Positions 1 to 10,017 of a stretch of 64,000 nt of DNA are shown here, piece after piece. Position 1 is the stretch's first letter. Each line of letters begins with the position of its first letter. The stretch is from NCBI GenBank assembly GCA_963796285.1, contig CAWCKW010000013.1, positions 96,001-160,000 of the forward strand, written 5' to 3'. The notes under the pieces were generated by a model. That model had not been told where the DNA came from, did not search any database, and saw nothing but the letters and a program-made list of their open reading frames with translations. Origin of the DNA: Nitrospirota bacterium (GTDB taxonomy: Bacteria; Nitrospirota; UBA9217). The position numbers and the translations under genes are program-made.

Positions 1-156
1 ATGCAGATTTCCAGACTTCATCTGGAAGGGTTGCCCCATTCGGAAATCTCCGGATCACAGCCTGTTAGCGGCTCCCCGAAGCTTATCGCAGCTTGCCACG
101 TCCTTCATAGCCTCTTGGCGCCAAGGCATCCACCATACGCCTTCTGTAGCTTAACC
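1..156 (-). rRNA. rrl: 23S rRNA, 5' end only (runs off window)
   Basis: Reverse complement reads GGTTAAGCTACAGAAGGCGTATGGTGGATGCCTTGGCG...GAAGGACGTG...CCGAATGGGGCAACCC, the conserved 23S 5' domain; lies downstream of 16S and the tRNAs. Confidence 0.97.
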
Positions 157-327
157 ACCAAAATCTGCTTCTGGCAGATTCGGCGTTTCTTGATTTTTCG
201 CCTCAGCTTTTCTTGTATTCTTGCATATTCAGTTGTCAAAGAACAATCCCGAGCTACGCTCGGGAATTCAAAATTCAAGATTCAATACTCAAATACTTGA
301 ATGTTGAATTTTTAATTTTGAATTATT

Positions 328-403
328 TGGTGGAGCTGAGCGGGATCGAACCGCTGACCCCCTGCTTGCAAAGCAGGTGCTCTCCCAGCTGAGCTACAGC
401 CCC
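328..403 (-). tRNA. tRNA-Ala (TGC), ITS
   Basis: GGGGCTGTAGCTCAGCTGGGAGAGCACCTGCTTTGCAAGCAGG...GGTTCGATCCCG...CCACCA; 76 nt with encoded CCA. Confidence 0.98.
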
Positions 404-462
404 TTGATAACGTCAAACTCCAAAATTCAAGTGAGATACTCGAACTCAGATTTTGTTGTAAG

Positions 463-539
<77 letters not shown>

Positions 540-683
540 GTTTCGTTCAGGCTCAGGACTTTTCCCGGGGGTAAAGCTCCGAGCCCATGCCTATAGCCCT
601 GAGCAACGCTCATGGTCCTTCAAAACTAAATAGGTGATGGCGGAACGACCTGGATGAGAGGTTACCAAGGTAACCCCTGATTC

Positions 684-2252
<1,569 letters not shown>

Positions 2253-2405
2253 AAAATCTGATCCTATGCAATGTTACTCAAGGTAACTTGACTAATTTGT
2301 ATCTCTACAACCCGCCAACTTAAAACAGACTATTTGAAAATCTGTTAAAATTTTTCACCTATTTAGTTTTCAAAGACCATGCTCTGCACACATCGCAGAA
2401 TAATA

Positions 2406-2541
2406 AATATAATTTATTAGACTTGTTTTGTCAAGGACTTTATTCTATTATTTGATGTTTTTTATCTTCCGAGCCCGCTGTTTTCTTTCGCGGTCCCATC
2501 GAACGAAGGCGCAATTTATCAGAAACCGCACTCCGTGTCAA
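2406..2541 (-). promoter_or_regulatory. Tandem rRNA sigma70 promoters (P1/P2-like)
   Basis: TTGACA-N17-TAAATT (2541-2513) and TTGACA-N17-TATATT (2434-2406); boxA-like TGGTCTTTGAAAA downstream (~2368-2380). Confidence 0.75.
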
Positions 2542-2568
2542 GCCTTTTTTCTTTTCTTGTTCATTATT

Positions 2569-3786
2569 TTACTTTTTCGGTGCTACTCGCACAAAACGCT
2601 TCTTTCCTACCTTCAAAGTATACTCACCGGAAACTTGTAACTCAGCATCAATGTCTATTATCGGTGTTCCATCCACTTCGACAGCCCCCTGCTGTATCAA
2701 TCTCCGCGCCTCGGAATTGCTCTTGGCCACCCCAGCTTGCGCGATGACCTTTGCGAGCTTCATCTTCTCGCCTTCCCAGGAGACCTCGACGACCGGGATA
2801 TCGTCCGGCATGTTCTTCTTGCTGAACACCCTCTCGAACTCGGCGCGCGCTGTGGCGCCTTCCCCGGTGCCGCAGAACCGGTCAACCAGCTCCACAGCCA
2901 GCCGCTTCTTGGCCTCCATAGGATGAAGCGCGCCTGATTCGATATCGTCCTTGATCTGCTGTAACTCATCGAGCTTCACTGCACTTACCAGCTCATAATA
3001 TCTATACATAAGGACATCGCTCACGGACATCACTTTGCCAAAGATTTCTTTCGCTGGCTCGCTGATACCGATATAGTTCCCCAGGCTCTTGCTCATCTTG
3101 TTCACACCGTCGAGACCTTCGAGGAGCGGCATCATCACGATTGACTGCGGCTCCTGCCCGCATTCCTTCTGAAGCTCACGGCCAACGAGTAGGTTGAACT
3201 TCTGATCCGTACCGCCCAATTCTACATCCGCCTTAAGCATCACTGAATCGTACCCCTGGATCAGTGGATAAAGAAATTCGTGAATACTAATTGGTAGCTC
3301 TGATTGATATCGTTTTTTAAAGTCCTCACGCTCAAGCATGCGTGCCACCGTATGCTTGGCAGCAAGCTGGATTATCTCCTCGGCCGTCATCTTCGACATC
3401 CACTCGCTGTTAAAGGCAATCTTGGTCTTGGCTGGATCGAGTATCTTATACATCTGAGACTGGTAGGTCTTTGCGTTCTCGAGAACTTCCATTTTCGTAA
3501 GATGTTTCCTTGTCTCTGACTTGCCCGTGGGATCGCCGATCATTCCGGTGAAGTCGCCTATCAGGAAAATAACTTCATGGCCCATTTCCTGAAACTGCCG
3601 CATCTTGTTGAGAAGCACCGCATGGCCAAGGTGGATATCCGGCGCAGTCGGGTCAAATCCCGCCTTCACGCGAAGCGGCTTGCCGCTGGCGATAGAACGC
3701 TCCAGTCTTTTCAGGAGTTCATCCTCTACAAGGATTTCGACGGTGCCCCGCTTGATAATGGAAAGTTGTTCTTGTGCTGAACGCAT
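2569..3786 (-). CDS. tyrS: Tyrosine--tRNA ligase
   Basis: [13 protein letters not shown] (HIGH), [14 protein letters not shown]-terminal S4-like domain. Confidence 0.98.
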   Translation of the reverse strand: MRSAQEQLSIIKRGTVEILVEDELLKRLERSIASGKPLRVKAGFDPTAPDIHLGHAVLLNKMRQFQEMGHEVIFLIGDFTGMIGDPTGKSETRKHLTKMEVLENAKTYQSQMYKILDPAKTKIAFNSEWMSKMTAEEIIQLAAKHTVARMLEREDFKKRYQSELPISIHEFLYPLIQGYDSVMLKADVELGGTDQKFNLLVGRELQKECGQEPQSIVMMPLLEGLDGVNKMSKSLGNYIGISEPAKEIFGKVMSVSDVLMYRYYELVSAVKLDELQQIKDDIESGALHPMEAKKRLAVELVDRFCGTGEGATARAEFERVFSKKNMPDDIPVVEVSWEGEKMKLAKVIAQAGVAKSNSEARRLIQQGAVEVDGTPIIDIDAELQVSGEYTLKVGKKRFVRVAPKK

Positions 3787-3853
3787 ACGCCTCTTCTTTA
3801 GACAAACCGGAGGAGCACATTGCCGCTCTGCACTCCGTGCCGAACAGCAATAA

Positions 3854-4219
3854 TCACTTCGCTTTGCCCACCAGATCCATCACGATCTGCGTCATCAACG
3901 GATGAGTGCCGACATAATCGGTCACCCTTATCTCGAAAGTCGGATGCTGTTTTCTCGCCATCTCTAGAAAGACGGGGATATCCTGCGTAACATGCACACC
4001 CGACTGCATAAAGAAGGGAACAATAACGATTTTTTTCGCCCCTTGCCGGATACAACGATCCACAGCTTCATCTGGAGTCGGTTGAACATATTGCAAAAAA
4101 GCGTATTCTACGATCTCGTGGCTATGGCTCATCTTAATCGCTTCCACAACTCGCTTGATTGCAGCATCATTCCCGTTGCCTCTGCTGCCATGCCCCAGAA
4201 TTATGACTGCCGTCTTCAT
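3854..4219 (-). CDS. cbiX: Short single-domain CbiX/SirB-family chelatase
   Basis: ILGHGSR and [15 protein letters not shown] His motifs; 121 aa. Confidence 0.85.
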   Translation of the reverse strand: MKTAVIILGHGSRGNGNDAAIKRVVEAIKMSHSHEIVEYAFLQYVQPTPDEAVDRCIRQGAKKIVIVPFFMQSGVHVTQDIPVFLEMARKQHPTFEIRVTDYVGTHPLMTQIVMDLVGKAK

Positions 4220-4433
4220 GCAATCTCCTTCAGACGTGTAAGAAGAAAATTTTTATCATAGACCATCGAAAAAGTCAATTTAATAGTGACCGGCATGCAT
4301 TGGGAAGAGAACAACAGCTCTAATAAAAATGCGGGGTCAAATGAGTTCAGGATAATCCGGCTTCACCTTTATGGAATGACCGGAGACAAGGAGATCTGAT
4401 CGTATACAATCGCCGTAGCTGCGCAATGGACAC

Positions 4434-4467
4434 GAAATAAAAGTGGCGGGTAATGTTCTCACCCGCC
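4434..4467 (-). terminator. Intrinsic terminator after small ORF
   Basis: GGCGGGT-N9-ACCCGCC hairpin followed by ACTTTTATTT on the minus strand. Confidence 0.7.
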
Positions 4468-4483
4468 TTGGACACTGTTCACT

Positions 4484-4549
4484 CTATTTCTTTTTTGTGG
4501 CTTTCTTTGTGACTGCTTTCTTTGTCCCGCACTTTGTTCCACATGCCAT
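4484..4549 (-). CDS. 21-aa Cys/Lys-rich small protein MACGTKCGTKKAVTKKATKKK (not in ORF track)
   Basis: ATG with SD AAGGGGGTGA just upstream, TAG stop, own terminator. Confidence 0.65.
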   Translation of the reverse strand: MACGTKCGTKKAVTKKATKKK

Positions 4550-4688
4550 CAATCATCACCCCCTTAGGAATATCAGTAGACTCAGAGTCAATCAAGTTTT
4601 ATCCCGTTGTAAACAATATAGCCCGTACCCCTTATATCACAACGGGTCCGAAACTACACGAACGACCGAGAAAACAATATTCGACCTA

Positions 4689-5615
4689 TCAGAGATTTTG
4701 TAGGGCCACGTGTGCATCCTGCACATCCTTCCGGATCTGCTGAACAAGTGCACCTGCATTGGAAAACTTCTCTTCTCCACGCAAACGTTTTACAAATTGG
4801 ACCTCTATTTCCTTGCCGTAGAGCCCCTCGTGGAAATCAAAAAGGTATACCTCTATTGAAACGGGTCCGGCATCAAAGGTGGGCCTGACCCCTATTGATG
4901 CCACCCCCTTGAGCGTTTGATGTTCAACCTGTGCGAGCACTGCGTAAACACCGTGAGCGGGTATAAGCTCATTGGCTATTTTAAGGTTGGCTGTAGGAAA
5001 ACCCAGCGTTTGTCCACGGTGCGATCCATGCACGACCTCACCCTCAACGGCATACCTCCTGCCGAGAAGACCGGCGGCCTCCTCAACGCTGCCTGCTGAT
5101 ATAAGATCACGGATGACTGAGCTGCTGACCACGATATCGTTCACCTGAACTGCTTCAACCACGCCCACTTCGAACCCGAAGGTCCGCCCCATTTCTTTCA
5201 ATGATTCAATACTACCTTCACGACCCTTACCAAAAGCATAGTCATAGCCGACATAAACCTCACGGACACCTATCTGTTTGAACAGAACATCGCGGGCGAA
5301 ATCCTCGGGATGCTGCTCAGCAAAAGTCCGCGTGAAGTTGGCACAGATCACGATCTCGATACCTGCCGCGGCAAGGAGCTTCATCTTGCCGTGAAAGGTG
5401 TTCAGCATCCTGGGCGAGCGCTCCGGGGCAAGGACCTTAAGCGGATGGGGCTCAAAGGTAAAAACAATGCTGGTCCCGTTGATCTCCCGGGCCCGTTCGA
5501 TCACTTTCTTGAATATCGCCTGATGCCCCAGATGCACCCCGTCGAAGTTCCCCAGCGTAAGCACCGGGCTCGGAAGCCGCTCGCTAAAGTTTTTAAGGCC
5601 ACGTACAATTCTCAT
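4689..5615 (-). CDS. ribF: Bifunctional riboflavin kinase/FAD synthetase
   Basis: GNFDGVHLGH, VSSS, GFPTAN, GVRPTF; start taken at MRIVRG. Confidence 0.97.
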   Translation of the reverse strand: MRIVRGLKNFSERLPSPVLTLGNFDGVHLGHQAIFKKVIERAREINGTSIVFTFEPHPLKVLAPERSPRMLNTFHGKMKLLAAAGIEIVICANFTRTFAEQHPEDFARDVLFKQIGVREVYVGYDYAFGKGREGSIESLKEMGRTFGFEVGVVEAVQVNDIVVSSSVIRDLISAGSVEEAAGLLGRRYAVEGEVVHGSHRGQTLGFPTANLKIANELIPAHGVYAVLAQVEHQTLKGVASIGVRPTFDAGPVSIEVYLFDFHEGLYGKEIEVQFVKRLRGEEKFSNAGALVQQIRKDVQDAHVALQNL

Positions 5616-5847
5616 CGCGCACAGATAATCGCACAACAGGACAAAATTGTCAATCTCCCCTTTGCTCCGGCACTCGCCTTAGTAAGACCGCTTCGAGAAA
5701 TCCCAGACACGTTAATATATATTATTGTAAATCGCCCCCGCTCAAGCTGTTTTCTCTTGACTTTTCGGGCAAATAAGACTAATTTTCATTAGATTTCACG
5801 GGCGGACCGGAACCTTACAGGCCATGCACGGAGGGGCTTAACCATCC

Positions 5848-6606
5848 ATGTCGTACCAGATAAAGCTGGAGATCTTTGAAGGCCCAATGGACCTTCTCCT
5901 GCACCTGATCAAAAAGCACGAACTCGATATCTACTCCATCCCCATCGCACTCATCACCCAGCAGTACCTCGAATATATCGACCTCATGAAGAGCCTCGAC
6001 ATGGAGATCGCGGGCGAGTTTCTGGTGATGGCATCCACGCTCACTCACATCAAATCCAAGATGATGCTGCCGCCGTCCGAGAACCCCGACAGCGATGACG
6101 ACGGTCTGGATCCCCAGGCCGAGCTCATTCGACGGCTCCTCGAATACAAGAGCTACAAGGAAGCGGCACTATCGCTCGAGGACAAGGAAGAAACCTGGTC
6201 ACAGGTGTACACACGGCCTGCCGATGCCTCACTTGACCTCCCGGCCGACGATGAACCCCTGCTCTTCGACTTTCACCTTTTCGATCTGCTCGCGGCGCTC
6301 AAAGACGTCATGGCGCGGGTGCCTGATGCCAATTTCGAGATCACGGCCGATACCGTATCGATCACCGAGAAGATCTCCCAGATCCTGTCGCGACTTGAGT
6401 CCGTGGACAGCATGCTCTTCGCGGACCTCTTCGAGGGGAGCACGTCCAAAGCCCAGGTGATCGGCACGTTCCTGGCGCTCCTCGAGCTGGTCAAGACCCG
6501 GGTGGTCAAGGCGTTCCAGGTCGAGCAATTCGGTGCGATCCGGATCATGAAAGCCGTAAACGATCGGCAGAACCGGGACACTGCAACGGGAAATCTGTTC
6601 GGATAG
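5848..6606 (+). CDS. scpA: Segregation and condensation protein A (kleisin)
   Basis: FEGPMDLLLHLI N-terminus, AGEFLVMASTL, FLALLELVK C-terminal winged helix. Confidence 0.96.
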   Translation: MSYQIKLEIFEGPMDLLLHLIKKHELDIYSIPIALITQQYLEYIDLMKSLDMEIAGEFLVMASTLTHIKSKMMLPPSENPDSDDDGLDPQAELIRRLLEYKSYKEAALSLEDKEETWSQVYTRPADASLDLPADDEPLLFDFHLFDLLAALKDVMARVPDANFEITADTVSITEKISQILSRLESVDSMLFADLFEGSTSKAQVIGTFLALLELVKTRVVKAFQVEQFGAIRIMKAVNDRQNRDTATGNLFG

Positions 6607-6650
6607 CAGCGACAGCTGTCAAGCCTCCAAGCTGGCAAGCTGATTCAATT

Positions 6651-7502
6651 ATGAAACCCGACATCAAAGCACTTGCGCAAGCAAAAAAATTCGGCGACAT
6701 CGAAACCGCGATCTATGCAGACCGAACGCTCATCGGCGATCTCGTTGTACTCCTCGCTGAAAAGGATGGCGACGTCCGGTCCGGTGTGCTGAACCTGCTG
6801 TCGCGCGTCGGGTTCGACTTCCCGAACGACACCCGGCAGCACCTGCCGACCTTGATCGCGCTGCTCGACGACCCTGATATGTTCATCAAGATCGACGCGG
6901 CGAACGCGGTCGGTAACCTGGGTTTCAGCTTCAAGGATGCGGCTGCCAAAGCTGCCCCAAAGTTGAAGCTGCTCCTGAATCATGAGCAGAGTCTCGTGCG
7001 TCAGGAAGCGGCCTACGCCCTCGGAAACATCGGTTTCGCCCATACGGACCTTGTGAAGGATGCGGTCCCCCGGTTGATCCAGATGCTCGAAGGGGGCGAT
7101 GACGATGAACGCGAGTCAGCCGCTCATGCCCTGGGCAAGGTAGGCATCAACGCGCCGGAGCTGATCAGGGGGATCCTTCCTAAACTCGTGGAGGTGCTCG
7201 AGTTCTCGAAAGAGGCGACCTGTGGAGGCGTGCTCTTTGCCCTGGGCGCCATCGGCCTGCATTATCCCCGGGAAGTGGCGAGCCTGGTGCCGCGGCTGAT
7301 CCAGTATCTGGACAGCGGCAACCCGAACGCGGTCAAGAACGCGGTGGCCGCACTCGGGAACATCGGCAGCTCCCGCCCGGAGCTCGTCAAGGACGCGATC
7401 CCAAAAATCAGAAAGATCATGGAGACCACGACGGACATTGACGTAAAGATGAACACCAAGGTGGCGCTTGGAAGACTGGGCGACCCCTCGGCGATGGAAT
7501 GA
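6651..7502 (+). CDS. HEAT-repeat protein (~7 repeats)
   Basis: ~38-aa repeats such as VRQEAAYALGNIG, ERESAAHALGKVG, AVKNAVAALGNIG, each preceded by a PxLxxLL helix. Confidence 0.9.
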   Translation: MKPDIKALAQAKKFGDIETAIYADRTLIGDLVVLLAEKDGDVRSGVLNLLSRVGFDFPNDTRQHLPTLIALLDDPDMFIKIDAANAVGNLGFSFKDAAAKAAPKLKLLLNHEQSLVRQEAAYALGNIGFAHTDLVKDAVPRLIQMLEGGDDDERESAAHALGKVGINAPELIRGILPKLVEVLEFSKEATCGGVLFALGAIGLHYPREVASLVPRLIQYLDSGNPNAVKNAVAALGNIGSSRPELVKDAIPKIRKIMETTTDIDVKMNTKVALGRLGDPSAME

Positions 7503-7598
7503 AACCGTTTTGAGTTATTAGTCCATCGATTCGATCGTCGTTTCACAACTCAAAGCTGAACACTCTAAACTCATAACTTTTTTTGAGGTTTTTTAAAA

Positions 7599-8282
7599 TT
7601 GGAAGATCATCAACTGAAATCAGCGATCGAGGCGCTCGTTTTCTCCTCGGGCAATCCCCTGTCCCTGGACCGGCTCAAAGCTATCTTTGAAGAGGCAACA
7701 GCCGAGCAGATCATGGAACAAGTCCGGCTGCTTCAGCAGGAATACATCGACCGAGGATCGGGTCTTATGCTGGCCGAAGTCGCCGGCGGATACCAGCTCG
7801 CAACGCGGCCGGAGCACTTCGAATGGATACGGAAATTCAAGACCGTAAAAACAACAACCAGACTCTCGAAGCCCGCGCTCGAGACCCTCGCCATTGTGGC
7901 GTATAAGCAGCCCATCACCCGCTCGGAAGTGGAAGCGATCCGCGGCGTGAACATCGGCGGCATCATGAGAAACCTCATGGAGCGACGCCTTGTGAAGATC
8001 GTGGGCAAGAAGGACGTGCCGGGCAAACCCATGATGTACGGAACCACGCTGGATTTCCTCCAGTACTTCGGTTTGAACGATCTCTCAGCCCTCCCGACGC
8101 TCAAGGAGTTCCAGGAGCTTGAGGCAGGAGAGGAAGTCATGGAAGAGGTACCCCTTGTTGAGGAAGAGAACTCAGATGCATCCTCATCCGAGGATACGGC
8201 CTTAGAAGAGGCGTTGTCCCCAGAGGCGGCTGAACCTGAAACACTGACAGCAGCCTCAACCGAGGAGAACGTGTCAGGATGA
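7599..8282 (+). CDS. scpB: Segregation and condensation protein B (KITE), acidic C-terminal tail
   Basis: IEALVF, VAGGYQLAT, LETLAIVAYKQPITRSEVEAIRGV, FLQYFGLNDLSALP; TTG start after GAGG. Confidence 0.96.
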   Translation: MEDHQLKSAIEALVFSSGNPLSLDRLKAIFEEATAEQIMEQVRLLQQEYIDRGSGLMLAEVAGGYQLATRPEHFEWIRKFKTVKTTTRLSKPALETLAIVAYKQPITRSEVEAIRGVNIGGIMRNLMERRLVKIVGKKDVPGKPMMYGTTLDFLQYFGLNDLSALPTLKEFQELEAGEEVMEEVPLVEEENSDASSSEDTALEEALSPEAAEPETLTAASTEENVSG

Positions 8283-9223
8283 TCGAGCTCAAGGATGCTT
8301 TGCGCAAAAAAGAAATTTGGGCCATCGGCGGCGGCAAGGGTGGGATCGGCAAAAGCCTGATCACGGGGAACATCGGCATCACCCTCGCGCGCCTTAAGAA
8401 AAAGGTCCTGCTGGTGGACGCGGACCTGGGAGGAGCGAACCTTCACACCACGCTCGGTATCGGCGTCCCGCAGATGACGCTCTCCGATTTTCTTGACCAT
8501 CGTGTCAAGACCATCCAGGAAGTTATTATCAAGACAGGCATCCCGAACCTGAGCCTCGTCAGCGGCGCCCAGGACTTCCTCGACGCGGCCAACCCGAATT
8601 TTGCTCAGAAAACGCGCCTGCTGAGACACCTCGAGACGCTGGATGCGGATTACATTCTCCTCGACCTCGGTGCGGGCACCTCGTTCAACATCCTCGATTT
8701 TTTCCTATTCTCGGACCACGGCATCCTCGTGGTGCTGCCCGAGCCTACGGCCATTGAGAACGCCTACCGATTCATCAAGAGCGCCTTCTACCGCAGGTTC
8801 AAAAGGGTGGTGGTGAATCAGAATATCAAGGACCTTATCGATGCGGCCATGGACCAGAAGAACACCATGGGCATCCGCACCCCCTACGACCTGATCGAAC
8901 GCGTGAAGCTGATGGAGCGGGAGGTGGGCGAGATCCTCGAACTCGAAGTCATGAAATTCCGTCCCAAGCTGATCGTGAACCAGGTGAGGACCAAGAACGA
9001 CATCCAGATCGGGTTCTCGATGAAAAGCGCCTGCCAGAAATACTTCGGTATCAATGTTGATTATCTTGGCTATGTGGAATACGATGATTGTGTATGGCAG
9101 TCCATCAGGAGCAAACGGCCGCTCATGATCGAGTACCCCTTCTCACGGCCATCACGCTGCATTGAGCGGATCGTCCACAACCTGCTCAGGAAAGAGCAGC
9201 TGACGCTCAGCATGCTCTATTAG
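8279..9223 (+). CDS. MinD/FlhG-family P-loop ATPase
   Basis: Deviant Walker A GGKGGIGKS, VDADLGGANLH, LDLGAG, PEPTAIENAY; ATGA overlap with scpB stop. Confidence 0.9.
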   Translation: MIELKDALRKKEIWAIGGGKGGIGKSLITGNIGITLARLKKKVLLVDADLGGANLHTTLGIGVPQMTLSDFLDHRVKTIQEVIIKTGIPNLSLVSGAQDFLDAANPNFAQKTRLLRHLETLDADYILLDLGAGTSFNILDFFLFSDHGILVVLPEPTAIENAYRFIKSAFYRRFKRVVVNQNIKDLIDAAMDQKNTMGIRTPYDLIERVKLMEREVGEILELEVMKFRPKLIVNQVRTKNDIQIGFSMKSACQKYFGINVDYLGYVEYDDCVWQSIRSKRPLMIEYPFSRPSRCIERIVHNLLRKEQLTLSMLY

Positions 9224-9234
9224 GGGAGGTTCGT

Positions 9235-9945
9235 ATGATCAAAAAGATAGAAGACCTGAACTACTACGAACTGCTGGAGGTCAGTCCCCGGGCAACCTCC
9301 CAGGAAATCCACAAGGCCTACGAACGGGTCCGGCGAGTGTACGAACCGAATTCCATGGCGCTCTATTCGCTCTTCAGTCCCGAAGAGTCCGCGATCATTA
9401 CCCAGCGGATAGAAGAAGCTTACCGGACCCTTGTGTATGATGACAACCGAAAACGGTACGATGCCCTCTTGCGAGGACAGGACGAACTGCCTGAGTTGCC
9501 GCTACTCCCGTCTGAGCCGGAATACGAGCCTCGTCCTGTTGAGCCGACACATCATCCTCGCCATGCTCAGTCGACCCTCACGCTGCCGTCGGAGAACCGC
9601 TACATTACCGCTCCGGAATTGCCTTTCCAGCAACCAATCCCTCAAAATAATGTGCGCGAGCCAATTTCGCCGGTCTCCCAGTTCATTGCGGATTTTACCG
9701 GACCCGCCATCAAGATGCTGAGAGAGCAACACAGCCTGACGCTGCGGAATATCGCTGATATGACAAAGATCGGAACGCGATACCTCGAATGCATCGAAGA
9801 TGAAATATATGATAAACTGCCTGCCCGTGCCTATATCCGGGGGTTCCTCATGCTCTATGCTAAGGCCCTCGGCTGCGAACCCGAGCGGATGGCAAGCGAC
9901 TATCTCAAGCGCTATGATGCAGCGAAGAATCCACCGAAAAAGTAA
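9235..9945 (+). CDS. J-like domain + Pro-rich linker + RodZ-type (HTH_25) helix-turn-helix protein
   Basis: YYELLEVSPRATSQEIHKAY (J-like, EPN in place of HPD); C-terminal LREQHSLTL...TKIGTRYLECIE...YIRGFLMLYAKALG. Confidence 0.8.
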   Translation: MIKKIEDLNYYELLEVSPRATSQEIHKAYERVRRVYEPNSMALYSLFSPEESAIITQRIEEAYRTLVYDDNRKRYDALLRGQDELPELPLLPSEPEYEPRPVEPTHHPRHAQSTLTLPSENRYITAPELPFQQPIPQNNVREPISPVSQFIADFTGPAIKMLREQHSLTLRNIADMTKIGTRYLECIEDEIYDKLPARAYIRGFLMLYAKALGCEPERMASDYLKRYDAAKNPPKK

Positions 9946-10017
9946 AGGAACTCGGGTTCAAGGTTCGATGTTCAAAGTTAGCTTCTCAACGCTGAACCCT
10001 ACAACCCCCAACCCTGC

